Shown one piece after another: positions 48,018 through 58,001 of a stretch of DNA of 64,000 nucleotides. Position 1 is the stretch's first letter, and every line of letters starts with the position of its first letter. The stretch covers positions 15,415 through 79,414 of the forward strand of contig CAMYMV010000018.1 in the NCBI GenBank assembly GCA_947259585.1, in the 5' to 3' direction. The notes beneath the pieces were generated by a model. That model worked only from the letters and a program-made list of their open reading frames with translations, made no database searches and was not told the DNA's origin. A program made the position numbers and the translations under genes. This stretch comes from an uncultured Gemmatimonadales bacterium. GTDB lineage: Bacteria; Gemmatimonadota; Gemmatimonadetes; Palauibacterales; Palauibacteraceae.

Positions 48018-48707
48018 CTAGAAGGGCTGGAAGGTGGGTTCGGTGGCGTTCGGGTCGGGTACGAGGCTGGCGAGCGCGGAGCACACACCCAGCACGTAGC
48101 TCTCGATCTGCCAGCGGCGGAGGTCCGCCGGGCGCACATCGAGAACGGAAAAGGGCGCCATGAGGCAGAGTCCGATGTCGCGGGCGACCGCCAGGCTCCG
48201 GTCGGTCGAGTCGCCGCCCGAGGCATGAGGGCCTCGGATCCACTCCTCCCGGTGCGCTTCGTCCGCGGTAAGTCTCTCCCATGTCCGCCAGACGGCGGCC
48301 GCGGCCAGAGGCGGCAGATCGGCGAAGAATATGAACTCCTCCTGGAGCGCCTGCTTCACGCGCTGACGAAGCTCGGCCCAGTCCGCCTCCTGTCCCAACT
48401 CCTGGACCGCCGTCCAGGCGGCCGCCTCGCCCGCGTCCGCCGTAGCCTCATCTCCCGCCGCGTGGGTCCGCGTCGGCTGGCCGACGGCCTGAACCAGCCA
48501 GGCCGGATTCACATCGAGCGCTTCGGCAGTCGAGAGCAGGAACTCCAGCGGCGGGTCGGCGCGGCCGTTCAGATAGCCGTGCACGCTCGCATAGCTGCTG
48601 CCCCGGACCTTGTCGGCATGAAGCTCCAGGTGGAGCGACCGCATGCTGCGGTCGCGCAGAGACAGCGCTCTCTTCAGGCGAGCCGCAACTCCGGGTGCGG
48701 TCTTCAT
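48018..48707 (-). CDS. XRE-like helix-turn-helix regulator
   Basis: SYASVHGYLNGRADPPLEFL...AEALDVNPAWL. Confidence 0.7.
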   Translation of the reverse strand: MKTAPGVAARLKRALSLRDRSMRSLHLELHADKVRGSSYASVHGYLNGRADPPLEFLLSTAEALDVNPAWLVQAVGQPTRTHAAGDEATADAGEAAAWTAVQELGQEADWAELRQRVKQALQEEFIFFADLPPLAAAAVWRTWERLTADEAHREEWIRGPHASGGDSTDRSLAVARDIGLCLMAPFSVLDVRPADLRRWQIESYVLGVCSALASLVPDPNATEPTFQPF

Positions 48708-49097
48708 GAGATCTCCGCGTGTGAAAAACGCCCACGACAAAGGACTTTCCGAGTATATCGCAAACTAAATAGGCAATCGCTTGCCGTCAAAGCAACCGAC
48801 AGTAAGCTCGCTGGTATCGTTAAGCGATATATTGTATACGACCAATCAATGACAGGAAGACCCGGCTCACCTTCTCAGGTGATCCATGAGGACGCGACCG
48901 GACCCGCGCGTCGGAGTGCACGCCACGGTTGCGGAGCCGGGTGATCGGAATAGATTAGCCGCCCCGCTGCGATCTCCCTGAAAACGGAGACGGACCTTCG
49001 CCCCTCGTCCAAGGACGGGGGCGTTTGGTCTCGGGAACAATCGTGTCCGCCCGTGGTCCAATGGACCCGTGCCGGTGCGAGGAGCCCGACGGTGGAC

Positions 49098-49184
<87 letters not shown>

Positions 49185-49226
49185 CTCGACCGGCTGCGCG
49201 CGGCGGTGCTGCGAGCAGCATGACCA

Positions 49227-49311
49227 GCCCAGGTGGCGGAATTGGCAGACGCGCTAGCTTGAGGGGCTAGTGCCCTATACGGGCGTGGAGGTTCGAATCC
49301 TCTCCTGGGCA
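49227..49311 (+). tRNA. tRNA-Leu (GAG)
   Basis: Cloverleaf with long variable arm. Confidence 0.95.
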
Positions 49312-49378
49312 TGACCCGCCGGCGACGTCCGTCAATGACGCGCCGGCCGCCGCCTACCCGGCGTGCAGATCCGAAAAT

Positions 49379-49452
49379 GCGCCCGTAGCTCAACTGGATA
49401 GAGCACCTGACTACGGATCAGGAGGTTGGGAGTTCGAATCTCTCCGGGCGTA
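49379..49452 (+). tRNA. tRNA-Arg (ACG)
   Basis: Cloverleaf, ACG anticodon. Confidence 0.95.
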
Positions 49453-49720
49453 CTTCGCTTTTCGCCAGCGGATGCCAGTCGAGACCCTCCTTTTCCAGCG
49501 CGCCCGGATCCTGCATTCTCCTCGATACGCGAGAGTGTTGCTCCCGACGGGCACTCTCGTTACGATATAGTATTGGCGGGCTAAATGCCCTTATCCACAA
49601 GCGTTTGGCGCGATCGCGGTTGTGGCGCGCTTGGCAACGACGCGCGTGCCAGACGATGTGTCTACGCCGCAACAGACCGGTAATCGGGGCGCCCGGCTCC
49701 GAGCTTGAAGGAGCAGTAGG

Positions 49721-50989
49721 ATGTTTGGATACCGACTTTCTCCCCTCCAGCTGATCCGTTCCGATCAGGGTAGCGCCATGGCCATGACCGCGCTGGGCAT
49801 GGTCCTCTTCCTGGGCGTAGTCGCGCTGGCCGTGGATTTGGGGATGCTGTTGGGCTCCCGGACCGAGTCGCAGCGCGCGGCCGATTCGGCCGCCCTGGCG
49901 GGTGCGGCTTCCCTTATCGGCGGGCCGAACGACGAGGTCAGGGCCAAAGCGTGGGCCGACGAGTTCGCGGAAAAGCACACGGTGCACGGCGAGTCTGTAG
50001 ATCTGAGGCCCGACCAGGGATCTCCCCCCGACGTCGAAGTCTTCCTCGCAGAGAAGAAGGTGCGCGTACGCGTGAGGAACATCGCGGCGGGGCGAAACAA
50101 CGCGATCCCGACTGTATTCGCCCGGGTGCTGGGACGGAACGAGGTAAACGTGTCGACCGTGGCGGCCGCCTGGGCCGTGCCGTCGGGAGCGGCCCGCTGT
50201 CCGATACCGCTTGCGTTACCGGACAACTGGGATGACGTCGATGGCGACAACATCTTCGATCCGGGAGAGTGGTACGAACCGTTCGATCCGGGCAATCCGC
50301 AGGCGCCCCACACGGGATACGACCTCAGCGACATCGTTCTGGACGACACGGGGCTGATCGAGATCAAGACGCGCGGCGGGCCCGCCGGGGGTGGTGCCGG
50401 GAACAGCATCTGCACCGACTTCCCGAGCTGGCGCTGCTGGTTTCAGCCGTTCGCCATAGACGGTGGACCCGGCGGCGGCGGTGCCAACGCGTTGAGGCCG
50501 TGGATCAACTCGTGTCCGGACCCGGGCATCGAACTCACCGCGGGCGGCTTTGGCAACCCCCCGGAACCCGCTACCGAGATCTACGCGGCCTCCGCGTCGG
50601 GCAACATGCAGTCGCTGGTCGACGACTTCAAAGATCTCATCGACAACCTGGAATACGAAGCCCAGTGGGGGACCCACACGGGCAGTGACGGTGACAGAAT
50701 CTGCCCGGTTCTCCCCAATTCCGGGGGCTGCGCGGGACCTACGAACCTGCGAGTGCGCATCATGCCGGTCGTCAGGCCGGACCTGGTAACCGGAACGGGG
50801 TCCAACGTCCACGCCCCGGTTGCCGCACTGGTGTGTGTCTGGATCGACAAGGTGGCCGAGACCCCCGGCGGGGCTCACGGGTCCGGTCCTCCGGGCCGAC
50901 GAAACGTCTACGTCCGACTGTACGACGGCTGTGGCGGCGAGGGGGTCGGAAACAACCCGTTCGCGTATACGCTTCAGCTCATCGAGTAG
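49721..50989 (+). CDS. TadG-like protein, paralog of 42453-43778
   Basis: ALAVDLG...QRAADSAALAGA; shares SWRCWFQP and SASGNMQSLV. Confidence 0.8.
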   Translation: MFGYRLSPLQLIRSDQGSAMAMTALGMVLFLGVVALAVDLGMLLGSRTESQRAADSAALAGAASLIGGPNDEVRAKAWADEFAEKHTVHGESVDLRPDQGSPPDVEVFLAEKKVRVRVRNIAAGRNNAIPTVFARVLGRNEVNVSTVAAAWAVPSGAARCPIPLALPDNWDDVDGDNIFDPGEWYEPFDPGNPQAPHTGYDLSDIVLDDTGLIEIKTRGGPAGGGAGNSICTDFPSWRCWFQPFAIDGGPGGGGANALRPWINSCPDPGIELTAGGFGNPPEPATEIYAASASGNMQSLVDDFKDLIDNLEYEAQWGTHTGSDGDRICPVLPNSGGCAGPTNLRVRIMPVVRPDLVTGTGSNVHAPVAALVCVWIDKVAETPGGAHGSGPPGRRNVYVRLYDGCGGEGVGNNPFAYTLQLIE

Positions 50990-51046
50990 GAACCGGGGTT
51001 GGTCGCTTTCGATTAGAGGACTGGCCTGCGGGTCGAGGCGGTCCGG

Positions 51047-51337
51047 TCAGTCGAGGTCCGGCCAGTCGATCACGGCCGGATCTTCGGTTACAACTTCCTC
51101 ACCGGCCTCTTTCTGGAGATCCCTCGCAACTCGCGCGATGCGGCTCAGTGCGTCGCGCTCCTTCCTGTGTCCCGGCGGGACGCGAGAGGCGACGCTCTTC
51201 CATTGCTCGGGGGTGAGAGAGCCGATGATCCGGTCCCGTTTGAGGACCCGGTCCAGGAGGTAGCGCAGCTCAGCCTGGAGCCCGCTCGCGGTGGAGTGGC
51301 GTAGGTGCTCTCGGATGCTCTCGAGGCGGCCGTTCAT
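51047..51337 (-). CDS. Hypothetical protein
   Basis: 96-aa ORF with host-like codon usage. Confidence 0.5.
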   Translation of the reverse strand: MNGRLESIREHLRHSTASGLQAELRYLLDRVLKRDRIIGSLTPEQWKSVASRVPPGHRKERDALSRIARVARDLQKEAGEEVVTEDPAVIDWPDLD

Positions 51338-51390
51338 CTGGTGGCGGCTGGGGCGATCCCTTCGCGCTGAGCCTGGGTTGCGTTACGAAA

Positions 51391-51427
51391 AATGGGGTAA
51401 GGGCCCGGCGAGACGCCGGACCCTTAC
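51391..51427 (-). terminator. Terminator-like hairpin downstream of the CHAT module
   Basis: GTAAGGGCCCGGCG/CGCCGGACCCTTAC stem; T-run follows on the minus strand. Confidence 0.5.
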
Positions 51428-51581
51428 GGTCGGACCCCATGTGCGACGCGGACGTCGCGTGCCTGATTTCGGCTCAGGCAAGGCCGGCGCTGTCCCGCTC
51501 AATCGGTAGGTGCCTCGAGCCGGCGAAACCTTACATGTCGTCGCGAATCGGGAGAGGTTCCCGCGGTCATCTCCGCAGGAG

Positions 51582-51776
51582 CTACTCCGTGCCGATGCCC
51601 TTCTTCCTGGGACTGAAGTTGGGTGGCTCGGTGACCGGTGCGGCCGCCGTGTCAGCCACGGCCCCGCTGCCAGTGACGGCCGTGGCCGATCCTGGCTCTG
51701 CCGGCGCCGTCGGTTGCTGGGCGCAGGCGACTGCTCCTCCGAGGGCCACGAGCAGGGCGAAGGCGATCGACTTCAT
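51582..51776 (-). CDS. Small lipoprotein (64 aa)
   Basis: GAGGAG RBS, AVAC lipobox, Ala/Pro linker, PRKKGIGTE tail. Confidence 0.7.
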   Translation of the reverse strand: MKSIAFALLVALGGAVACAQQPTAPAEPGSATAVTGSGAVADTAAAPVTEPPNFSPRKKGIGTE

Positions 51777-51928
51777 GGGTTACTCCTCGTACAGGTGAAT
51801 CCGCGGGAATCCCGTCCCTTTTCTTCAATCGACGGACGGCTTTCGCTGATTTGCGGGGTTGATAGTTGCAGGGTTCGAGCCACCCGGGGCGGCGCCCGGG
51901 GCCGATCAGATCCGGAAGGCGCGTTAGT

Positions 51929-54841
51929 TCAGTGGCCGCTGCCGTTTAGGCGATAGCCGGCCCAGTAGAACGGATCGTCGAACTCGGGGTGCGCGATCAT
52001 CCTAAGCTGGGCGCGTGCAAGAGCTTGCGACGGAGGAAGGTCCCGCAGCTCCTCGTAAAAGAAGCCTGCGAGCAGAGCGGCGCTTCGATCTTCGACTCGC
52101 CAAAGCGTCGCCAACACGTTTTGCGCACCGACATACAAAAATGATTGAGCCAGAGTGGAGTAATCCTCTCCGCTGTCGAAGCGTGTCGCCGTAGCCGGCC
52201 CCAGGCCTGTATCGCAGCCTGAGAGGTAGATGAGAGGCGTCCTGATCTGGAGGTCCAGGATCTCGTGGATCTCGAGCCGGCCATCGTCGTCAGTCCTCTC
52301 CGAGCGGCCGGGAGCCAACTCGAGCCGCGAGAACAACGGATTGCGCGCGTTCATGACCGCGTGCGAGGCGAAATGCACGAGCCCGCCGCTTTCCAGCACG
52401 CTCCGGAGTCGTTCCTCGGTAGCCGTCGCTCCCCGGTAGAAGAGCGCCTCCGGCCGGAGCGGCATGACCGCCTGTGCCTCCTCGTTCGTGGCCGGAAGCT
52501 CCCTGGGGAAGGGAGCCAAGACGTACGTCGCATCCTCGGCGAAGCTGACCTCGGATCCAGCCGAGCCTCGCGAACGGAGCTCCGGCAGGGAGGCGGCGGA
52601 GGGGAGGTGAAGGAGCGGCAGGATCTCGACGAGTCGTCGCCCGCGACCGGGCTCCAGGAGCGCCGCGAACGGCAGGTACGTGAGCACGGCGTGCGGAACG
52701 ACGATCAGGAGATCGGCTTCGGAGAGCCGAATGGAGCGGGCGGCGGGGGCGATAAGCGTCTCGTACAGCGCCTCCAGGACGGGAGCGGACTCGTCCGGGC
52801 CTCCGCCGGGGCTGCCGAGTAGCTTTCGTGCGAGTCTGACCCTGCTTTCCAGATCCTCTCTCGCCGCCTTGGAGGCGACAACCAGAAATGTATCTTGCGT
52901 GACGATGAAGGCTTCGACGCGCTCGGGCATGACGAAGTACTCGAGGAGGACCTCGCCCGGCTGCAGAGCCGCCTGAACCTCGATCTCGAGCTGATCCGCG
53001 TAACGGGGGTCCGCGCTGCTCGAAGTCCTCTCCGCCACGCTGACCTGCAGGGCCTCGTAGTCGCTTCGTGCCCTGGCCAGTCGAGCCCACAGCAGGGCGG
53101 CAGCGGTGTCGACGCCGACTCCTCCCTCGGCCTGTATCGCATCCAGGGTCGCCACGAGCTGGCCGATGCGGCGAAGCAGTTCCTCGGCGCGGCCCGTCTC
53201 TTCGGTTGCTTCGCCGGCGCTACCCGAGCTGCCGCGCAGAACCACGTGCTCACGGAGCGCCTGCCCCCGAGCCTGGTCGGCGACCACGAAGGCTTCGGAG
53301 GTCATGCCGGCTCTAAGGAGTGCGGTCATCAGGTCGGCGTACGTCCTCTGACGGGCCGCCGAGAACCCGGCTCTCATCGCTCTCGACCGGAAACTCCCGC
53401 GCACACGCTCCACGGTGCTCACGGCGCGACGGCCTACGGCGAGCGCCGAATCCACCTCGCCGAGGTGCAGGAAGGCGCGCGCCCGCAGGGCTTGGGCTTC
53501 CCACTCGGTCTCGTAGTCGCCTTGAAAGAGACGGGGCCCAGCGTCGCTGATCGCCGCGATGACGCGTTCGGCCTCCGAGCGCTCGTCGGATATGCGGGCC
53601 GCCGCCAGCGCGACGGAAGCGGCTGCCGAGCGTGTCCCGAGCTCGCTCGCCAGCTCCCGAGCCTCGGCGAGGAGCGAGTCCGCCCGATCCTCGGACCCGG
53701 CTGACTCTTCGAGCTCGGAGAGCACGACCAGGCCCTCCAGCTCCTCGAAGCGAGCCCCCACGCGTCGATGGGTTTCCAACGACCCCGTGGCCAGGTCGAG
53801 CGCCCTGTCAGTGTTGCCGAGCTCGGCAAAGATCTCGGCCTGTGCGCGCAGGCTGCGGCCGAGCTCCGTCTCGAGACCCGTCCCGGCATAGATCTCCTGC
53901 GCTTCGGCGTACAGCTCGAGGGCCCTGACCCGGTTGTCGGCGGCGACATACAGCTCAGCGATCACCGCCAGGTCGTTCGCCTCCTGCTGCCTGAGCCCCT
54001 GCGATCGAGCGATCGCCAGAGCGCTGTCGTACATGACGTGCGCTCCGCCGAGATTCCCCAGCACCGCGTACGCGCTTCCCAGCTGACCCAGGGCGTTTTC
54101 GAGGCCCGTCGGGTAGTCGATCTCGCGGTACAGCCCGGCCGCCTCCTGCAGAAGAGGTATGGCGTGAAGCGGCCGGCCGACCATGATCTCCAGAGCGCCG
54201 AGGTTCGTGAGGGCGTTCCCCGCCATCACGCCGTCATCCAAAGCGCGGCCCGCTCTGAGCATGGTGGCGTAACCCTCGCGCGCCTTCGCGAACTCCCCCC
54301 ACTCGGTGGCGACGAGAGCGAGGTTGCCCGAGGCCCTCGCTGCTCCTGCCGCGTCGCCCACGTCGTTCGCCGCGTCGGAGGCCTGCCCGAACAGAGTCGC
54401 GGCATCCTCGAATCGGGACTCGTCCCATGCCACCAATCCGAGTGCGTTGTAACTGCGCGAGAGCTGGTCGTTGAGGCTCGCCTCCAGCTTGTCGGCCAGG
54501 GCTTTCTCGCCAAGCTGCTTCGCCTCCGAGTAGCGGCCCTGCCGCCACGCGGCGAGCCCCAGCCACGTCGTGGCTCGCGCCCGCGCGGCTACATCCCCAA
54601 CTGCGGCGGCATCTGCTTCGACCGATGCCAGGATGGAACGAGCGCTGTCGTACTCCCCGTCGTAGTAGATGCCGAGTGCCGTGGAGAGACGGGATTCCAG
54701 GCTGGAGGATTCGGAGATGGGTGAGGAGGCCGGGAGCTCTTCCCCGGTGGGTCGGCCGAACTCGAGCGAGTCATCGCACCCCCCCGACGCGGCCAGCGTG
54801 AATAAAACAGCCAGCCGGCAGCCGAAGGAGCGTTGGATCAG
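51929..54841 (-). CDS. Lipoprotein TPR-CHAT (caspase-like) protease
   Basis: TPR repeats; HFASHA and LSGCDT catalytic motifs; PFYWAG; frame open upstream of 54436 to a signal peptide LAASGGC; CTG start inferred. Confidence 0.85.
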   Translation of the reverse strand: MIQRSFGCRLAVLFTLAASGGCDDSLEFGRPTGEELPASSPISESSSLESRLSTALGIYYDGEYDSARSILASVEADAAAVGDVAARARATTWLGLAAWRQGRYSEAKQLGEKALADKLEASLNDQLSRSYNALGLVAWDESRFEDAATLFGQASDAANDVGDAAGAARASGNLALVATEWGEFAKAREGYATMLRAGRALDDGVMAGNALTNLGALEIMVGRPLHAIPLLQEAAGLYREIDYPTGLENALGQLGSAYAVLGNLGGAHVMYDSALAIARSQGLRQQEANDLAVIAELYVAADNRVRALELYAEAQEIYAGTGLETELGRSLRAQAEIFAELGNTDRALDLATGSLETHRRVGARFEELEGLVVLSELEESAGSEDRADSLLAEARELASELGTRSAAASVALAAARISDERSEAERVIAAISDAGPRLFQGDYETEWEAQALRARAFLHLGEVDSALAVGRRAVSTVERVRGSFRSRAMRAGFSAARQRTYADLMTALLRAGMTSEAFVVADQARGQALREHVVLRGSSGSAGEATEETGRAEELLRRIGQLVATLDAIQAEGGVGVDTAAALLWARLARARSDYEALQVSVAERTSSSADPRYADQLEIEVQAALQPGEVLLEYFVMPERVEAFIVTQDTFLVVASKAAREDLESRVRLARKLLGSPGGGPDESAPVLEALYETLIAPAARSIRLSEADLLIVVPHAVLTYLPFAALLEPGRGRRLVEILPLLHLPSAASLPELRSRGSAGSEVSFAEDATYVLAPFPRELPATNEEAQAVMPLRPEALFYRGATATEERLRSVLESGGLVHFASHAVMNARNPLFSRLELAPGRSERTDDDGRLEIHEILDLQIRTPLIYLSGCDTGLGPATATRFDSGEDYSTLAQSFLYVGAQNVLATLWRVEDRSAALLAGFFYEELRDLPPSQALARAQLRMIAHPEFDDPFYWAGYRLNGSGH

Positions 54842-55422
54842 GGTTCGGACCAGAGGCGACTCGCGTCCGTCGTGGCGGTCGTGCCGTCAGTCAGCAATGC
54901 TTCGACGAACCAAAAGTAGCGGTTGCCCGACTCTACTTCGAGGTCTGCCGGGAGCCGGAGGATGGTGTCGGTGGTCGATCCGCTCCAAACGAGGTCGCCC
55001 CGCTCGTCTGTGACGGTAAGGCTGTAGAAGGCGCCGGGCGCCACCTCACGCCAGAGGAAGACCGCGCCGGCCAGCGACTCGACCCGGGCGCCGTCGAGCG
55101 GCGCGACCGTCCCGAACTTCCGGACACCTTCTTCCACGGCCGGCCCGCCGTCGCGCAGCATGGTCTCCCTTTCCGCGAGATCTCGCTCGACGCTGGGACC
55201 GAGTAGCAGGACGCCGGTCAGCGCAGCCGCGGCCGCACCGATGCCGCCCGCCACCCGCGCTCGGCGCTGACGCCGCGAGTGACGCAACACTCCGGTTACC
55301 TGGATGAGCTCGTCGCGGCAAAGGCCGCAGCCCTCAAGATGAGTTTCCACGCCAGCCGCATCGGAGCCGCGAACGGCTCGGCTCGCGTAGGAGGCCATCT
55401 GTTCGCTTGTCAGATGTGACAC
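54838..55422 (-). CDS. Zinc-finger (zf-HC2/ZAS) anti-sigma factor with TM and extracytoplasmic domain
   Basis: HLEGCGLC, basic patch, TM helix, F.W...Y...W...Y.W.V beta-domain. Confidence 0.85.
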   Translation of the reverse strand: MSHLTSEQMASYASRAVRGSDAAGVETHLEGCGLCRDELIQVTGVLRHSRRQRRARVAGGIGAAAAALTGVLLLGPSVERDLAERETMLRDGGPAVEEGVRKFGTVAPLDGARVESLAGAVFLWREVAPGAFYSLTVTDERGDLVWSGSTTDTILRLPADLEVESGNRYFWFVEALLTDGTTATTDASRLWSEP

Positions 55423-55531
55423 GATACCAACGCTCCAAACGGGGATCTGGCTTCCTTCAGGAGTGGGATGACAGAAACGGCCAAAGTCTTTCTTCCCCTG
55501 GGAAGCCGGGCTTCACCTCGCGTATGGGTGG

Positions 55532-56248
55532 TCATGGCAGGGAGTCCGACACGCCCCGCTCCCGGAGCCGCTGGCGGAGCTCTTCGAGCACCTTCTTGAG
55601 CCTCCGGTAGACGTGGAAGGGAGAGGGAAACCCCATCGCGTCGGCGATCTCCCGCGCCGAACGTCCGTCCTCGAATCGGAAACGGAGCAAGAGTCGATCC
55701 CTGGCGGCTAGCGATCCAATCGCCTCCTGCAGCGCGACCTCGAGCTCCCGCCGGCGAACATCCGCTTCGGGGTCCACGCTCGTTCGATCGGCCGTTCGGG
55801 CGATGTCGAGCTCCTCGGTCACCAGGTCCAGAAGCCGCCTTCTCTCCCGAGCCCGATGCTCGTCGTCGGGGTCTTCTCGCCGGTCTTTTCGTTTCACACG
55901 CCCGTAGCGGCTGCGCTGGTAGTCGATGCAGAGCCGCCGGGTCACCACCACCAGCCAGGCCTCGAACCTGCCCGCATCCGCACGAGCGAAGGTTCGCAAC
56001 CGCTGATAGTCATCGCGGCTCAGTCCCTCCAGCACGAAGGCGTATTGGTCCATCGCCGCGTCGTAGTCCGAGCTCACGGACCTGACCGTCGACAGGATGA
56101 GTCTGCTGTGGTGGTCGACGAGATCCTGCCAGGCCGCGTCGCGCTCGGGGCCCTGCGGAGACTCGAGCAGACGAGCCACTTCCCGAGGCACCTGCCGCGA
56201 CACCCTGCCCGGCTCCGTTTCGCTCACTCCATCCCTCGATGATGGCAT
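55532..56248 (-). CDS. ECF RNA polymerase sigma factor
   Basis: FEAWL.VVTRRLCIDYQR region 2; L..RDRLLL.FRF.DG.S.REIA region 4. Confidence 0.88.
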   Translation of the reverse strand: MPSSRDGVSETEPGRVSRQVPREVARLLESPQGPERDAAWQDLVDHHSRLILSTVRSVSSDYDAAMDQYAFVLEGLSRDDYQRLRTFARADAGRFEAWLVVVTRRLCIDYQRSRYGRVKRKDRREDPDDEHRARERRRLLDLVTEELDIARTADRTSVDPEADVRRRELEVALQEAIGSLAARDRLLLRFRFEDGRSAREIADAMGFPSPFHVYRRLKKVLEELRQRLRERGVSDSLP

Positions 56249-56387
56249 TCGCGCGCAAAACCGACAGGTGGGTCCGTCAATAATTGATAGGGAGTTGATG
56301 CGTCTTGATAGCGCGTTGACACGCTCGCCGCGGACCCCTGAGCGCCGGCGGTCGAACTGGCGGACGCCAAACAGATCAGGTGAACAA

Positions 56388-56930
56388 ATGGCCGAACAAA
56401 GCTCACAGCAGCCGTTCGACGAAGCGGACCTGATCGCGCGGTTGCGCACCCGGTCGCCGCGTGCCCTCGAAGAGGCATACGATCGGTATGGGCCGATGGT
56501 CTACGAGACGGCATACCGCATCACGGGCTGCCCAGCTGAGGCAAGCGACATCGTTCAGGAAGTATTCCTCCGGCTTACCGCGAGCGTTCAAACGTTCAGC
56601 GGCCGTGGGAGCTTCACGGGCTGGCTGCGGAAGGTCGCCTTGCGAGCGGCCCTCATGAAGTGTCGGGCCAGGCGACGGCGCGCGGAGGTCTCCCTCGAGC
56701 AGGCGCCGCTTCCCTTTGCCCGCCGGCAGGCTCCGGCTCCCGTCGACAGCATCGCGCTCGAGCAGGCGCTTGCCACGCTTTCTCCCTCATTGCGCACGGT
56801 ATTCCTGCTCAAAGTGGTCGAGGGCTACTCGCATGACGAGATCGCCGAGTCTCTGGGCATCAGGCGAGGCACGTCGGAGGTGCGTCTCCACCGGGCGCGT
56901 CAAAGTCTCCAGCAACAGCTGAGCGCCTGA
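56388..56930 (+). CDS. ECF RNA polymerase sigma factor (divergent)
   Basis: DIVQEVF, SFTGWL, EGYSHDEIA, RLHRAR. Confidence 0.9.
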   Translation: MAEQSSQQPFDEADLIARLRTRSPRALEEAYDRYGPMVYETAYRITGCPAEASDIVQEVFLRLTASVQTFSGRGSFTGWLRKVALRAALMKCRARRRRAEVSLEQAPLPFARRQAPAPVDSIALEQALATLSPSLRTVFLLKVVEGYSHDEIAESLGIRRGTSEVRLHRARQSLQQQLSA

Positions 56931-57149
56931 GGTTCGCACCGCCGAGCCCGACACAGCACCCTCGAGCTGACCTCATCCCCCCGACAGCTCCCGAGCGTCG
57001 CACATGACGCCGGGACAACGTACGCGAGGCCCCACGAGAGCCGCCAATTTCCGGTCACCCGAGAGCGGGACTCACGGTACCCCTTTTCCTCCGGTTTCCT
57101 TATGGTATGCGAGCATGCCTCGCGTGCTCGTGCGCGGAGAAGGAGTTGT

Positions 57150-57170
57150 TATCAATAATAGTTATTGATA
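57150..57170. promoter_or_regulatory. Perfect AT-rich 9-3-9 palindrome upstream of ferritin
   Basis: TATCAATAA-TAG-TTATTGATA. Confidence 0.65.
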
Positions 57171-57248
57171 CGTTCCGCCTCTCATGTGAGCCATGCGTGT
57201 GCTGATTTCAGGATCGACGACGATTTCGAGGGAGAACGGAGAGGGTAT

Positions 57249-57743
57249 ATGAACCAGAAGGTGCAAGACGCGATCAACGAGCAGATAGCCGACGAGTTTT
57301 ACGCATCCTACCTCTATCTCTCGATGATGACGTACTTCGAGGCGGAGAGCCTCGGTGGCTACGCCCAGTGGATGCGCATGCAGGCCGAAGAGGAGCACGC
57401 TCACGCCATGAAGCTCGTCGATTTCCTGATCGAGCGCGGTGGGCGCGTGCAGCTTCAGGCGATCGACAAACCGAAAGCCGAGTTCGATTCGCCGCTGGCC
57501 GTCATGCAGGCGGCCCTTGCACACGAGCAAAAGGTCACCGAGAGCATCAACAACCTGTACGAGTTGGCTGTCGCGGAGCGGGATTACCCCGCCCAGGTGA
57601 TGCTCCAGTGGTTCGTTACCGAACAGGTGGAGGAAGAGGCCAGCGCCGGCGCGCTGGTTGATCAGCTGACCCTCGCCGGCGATTCGGGGAGCGCCCTGCT
57701 CATGCTCGACGCGAAGGTGGGGCAGCGGACGACCACTGCCTGA
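57249..57743 (+). CDS. ftnA: Non-heme ferritin
   Basis: NEQI..E...YLY, QAEEE..HA, HEQ.VT..I, LQWFV.EQVEEE. Confidence 0.93.
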   Translation: MNQKVQDAINEQIADEFYASYLYLSMMTYFEAESLGGYAQWMRMQAEEEHAHAMKLVDFLIERGGRVQLQAIDKPKAEFDSPLAVMQAALAHEQKVTESINNLYELAVAERDYPAQVMLQWFVTEQVEEEASAGALVDQLTLAGDSGSALLMLDAKVGQRTTTA

Positions 57744-57746
57744 GGT

Positions 57747-57944
57747 GTGATGGTCGCGTTGGCTCTGTCCCAGGCGGCGAGCGAATACGTCGGCACGCTC
57801 CTGCGGGGCATTCCGGCGGCGCTCGGTGCCGGAGCCCGCATGGTATCGGATTTCGTGACCGATCACCCGGTGCTCGCACTCGGCAGCCTGCTCGCCGCGC
57901 TCATGCTGTGGGCGCTGTTTTCCGGAGGCGGCCGCCGCCGGTAG
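57747..57944 (+). CDS. Small hypothetical membrane protein
   Basis: 65 aa directly after ferritin, C-terminal TM + basic tail. Confidence 0.5.
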   Translation: MMVALALSQAASEYVGTLLRGIPAALGAGARMVSDFVTDHPVLALGSLLAALMLWALFSGGGRRR

Positions 57945-58001
57945 GGATGGCCACGGCGAGGCCCCGCCGACCGGCGAGGCTCCCCGCGGATGAGGGCAGA
58001 T

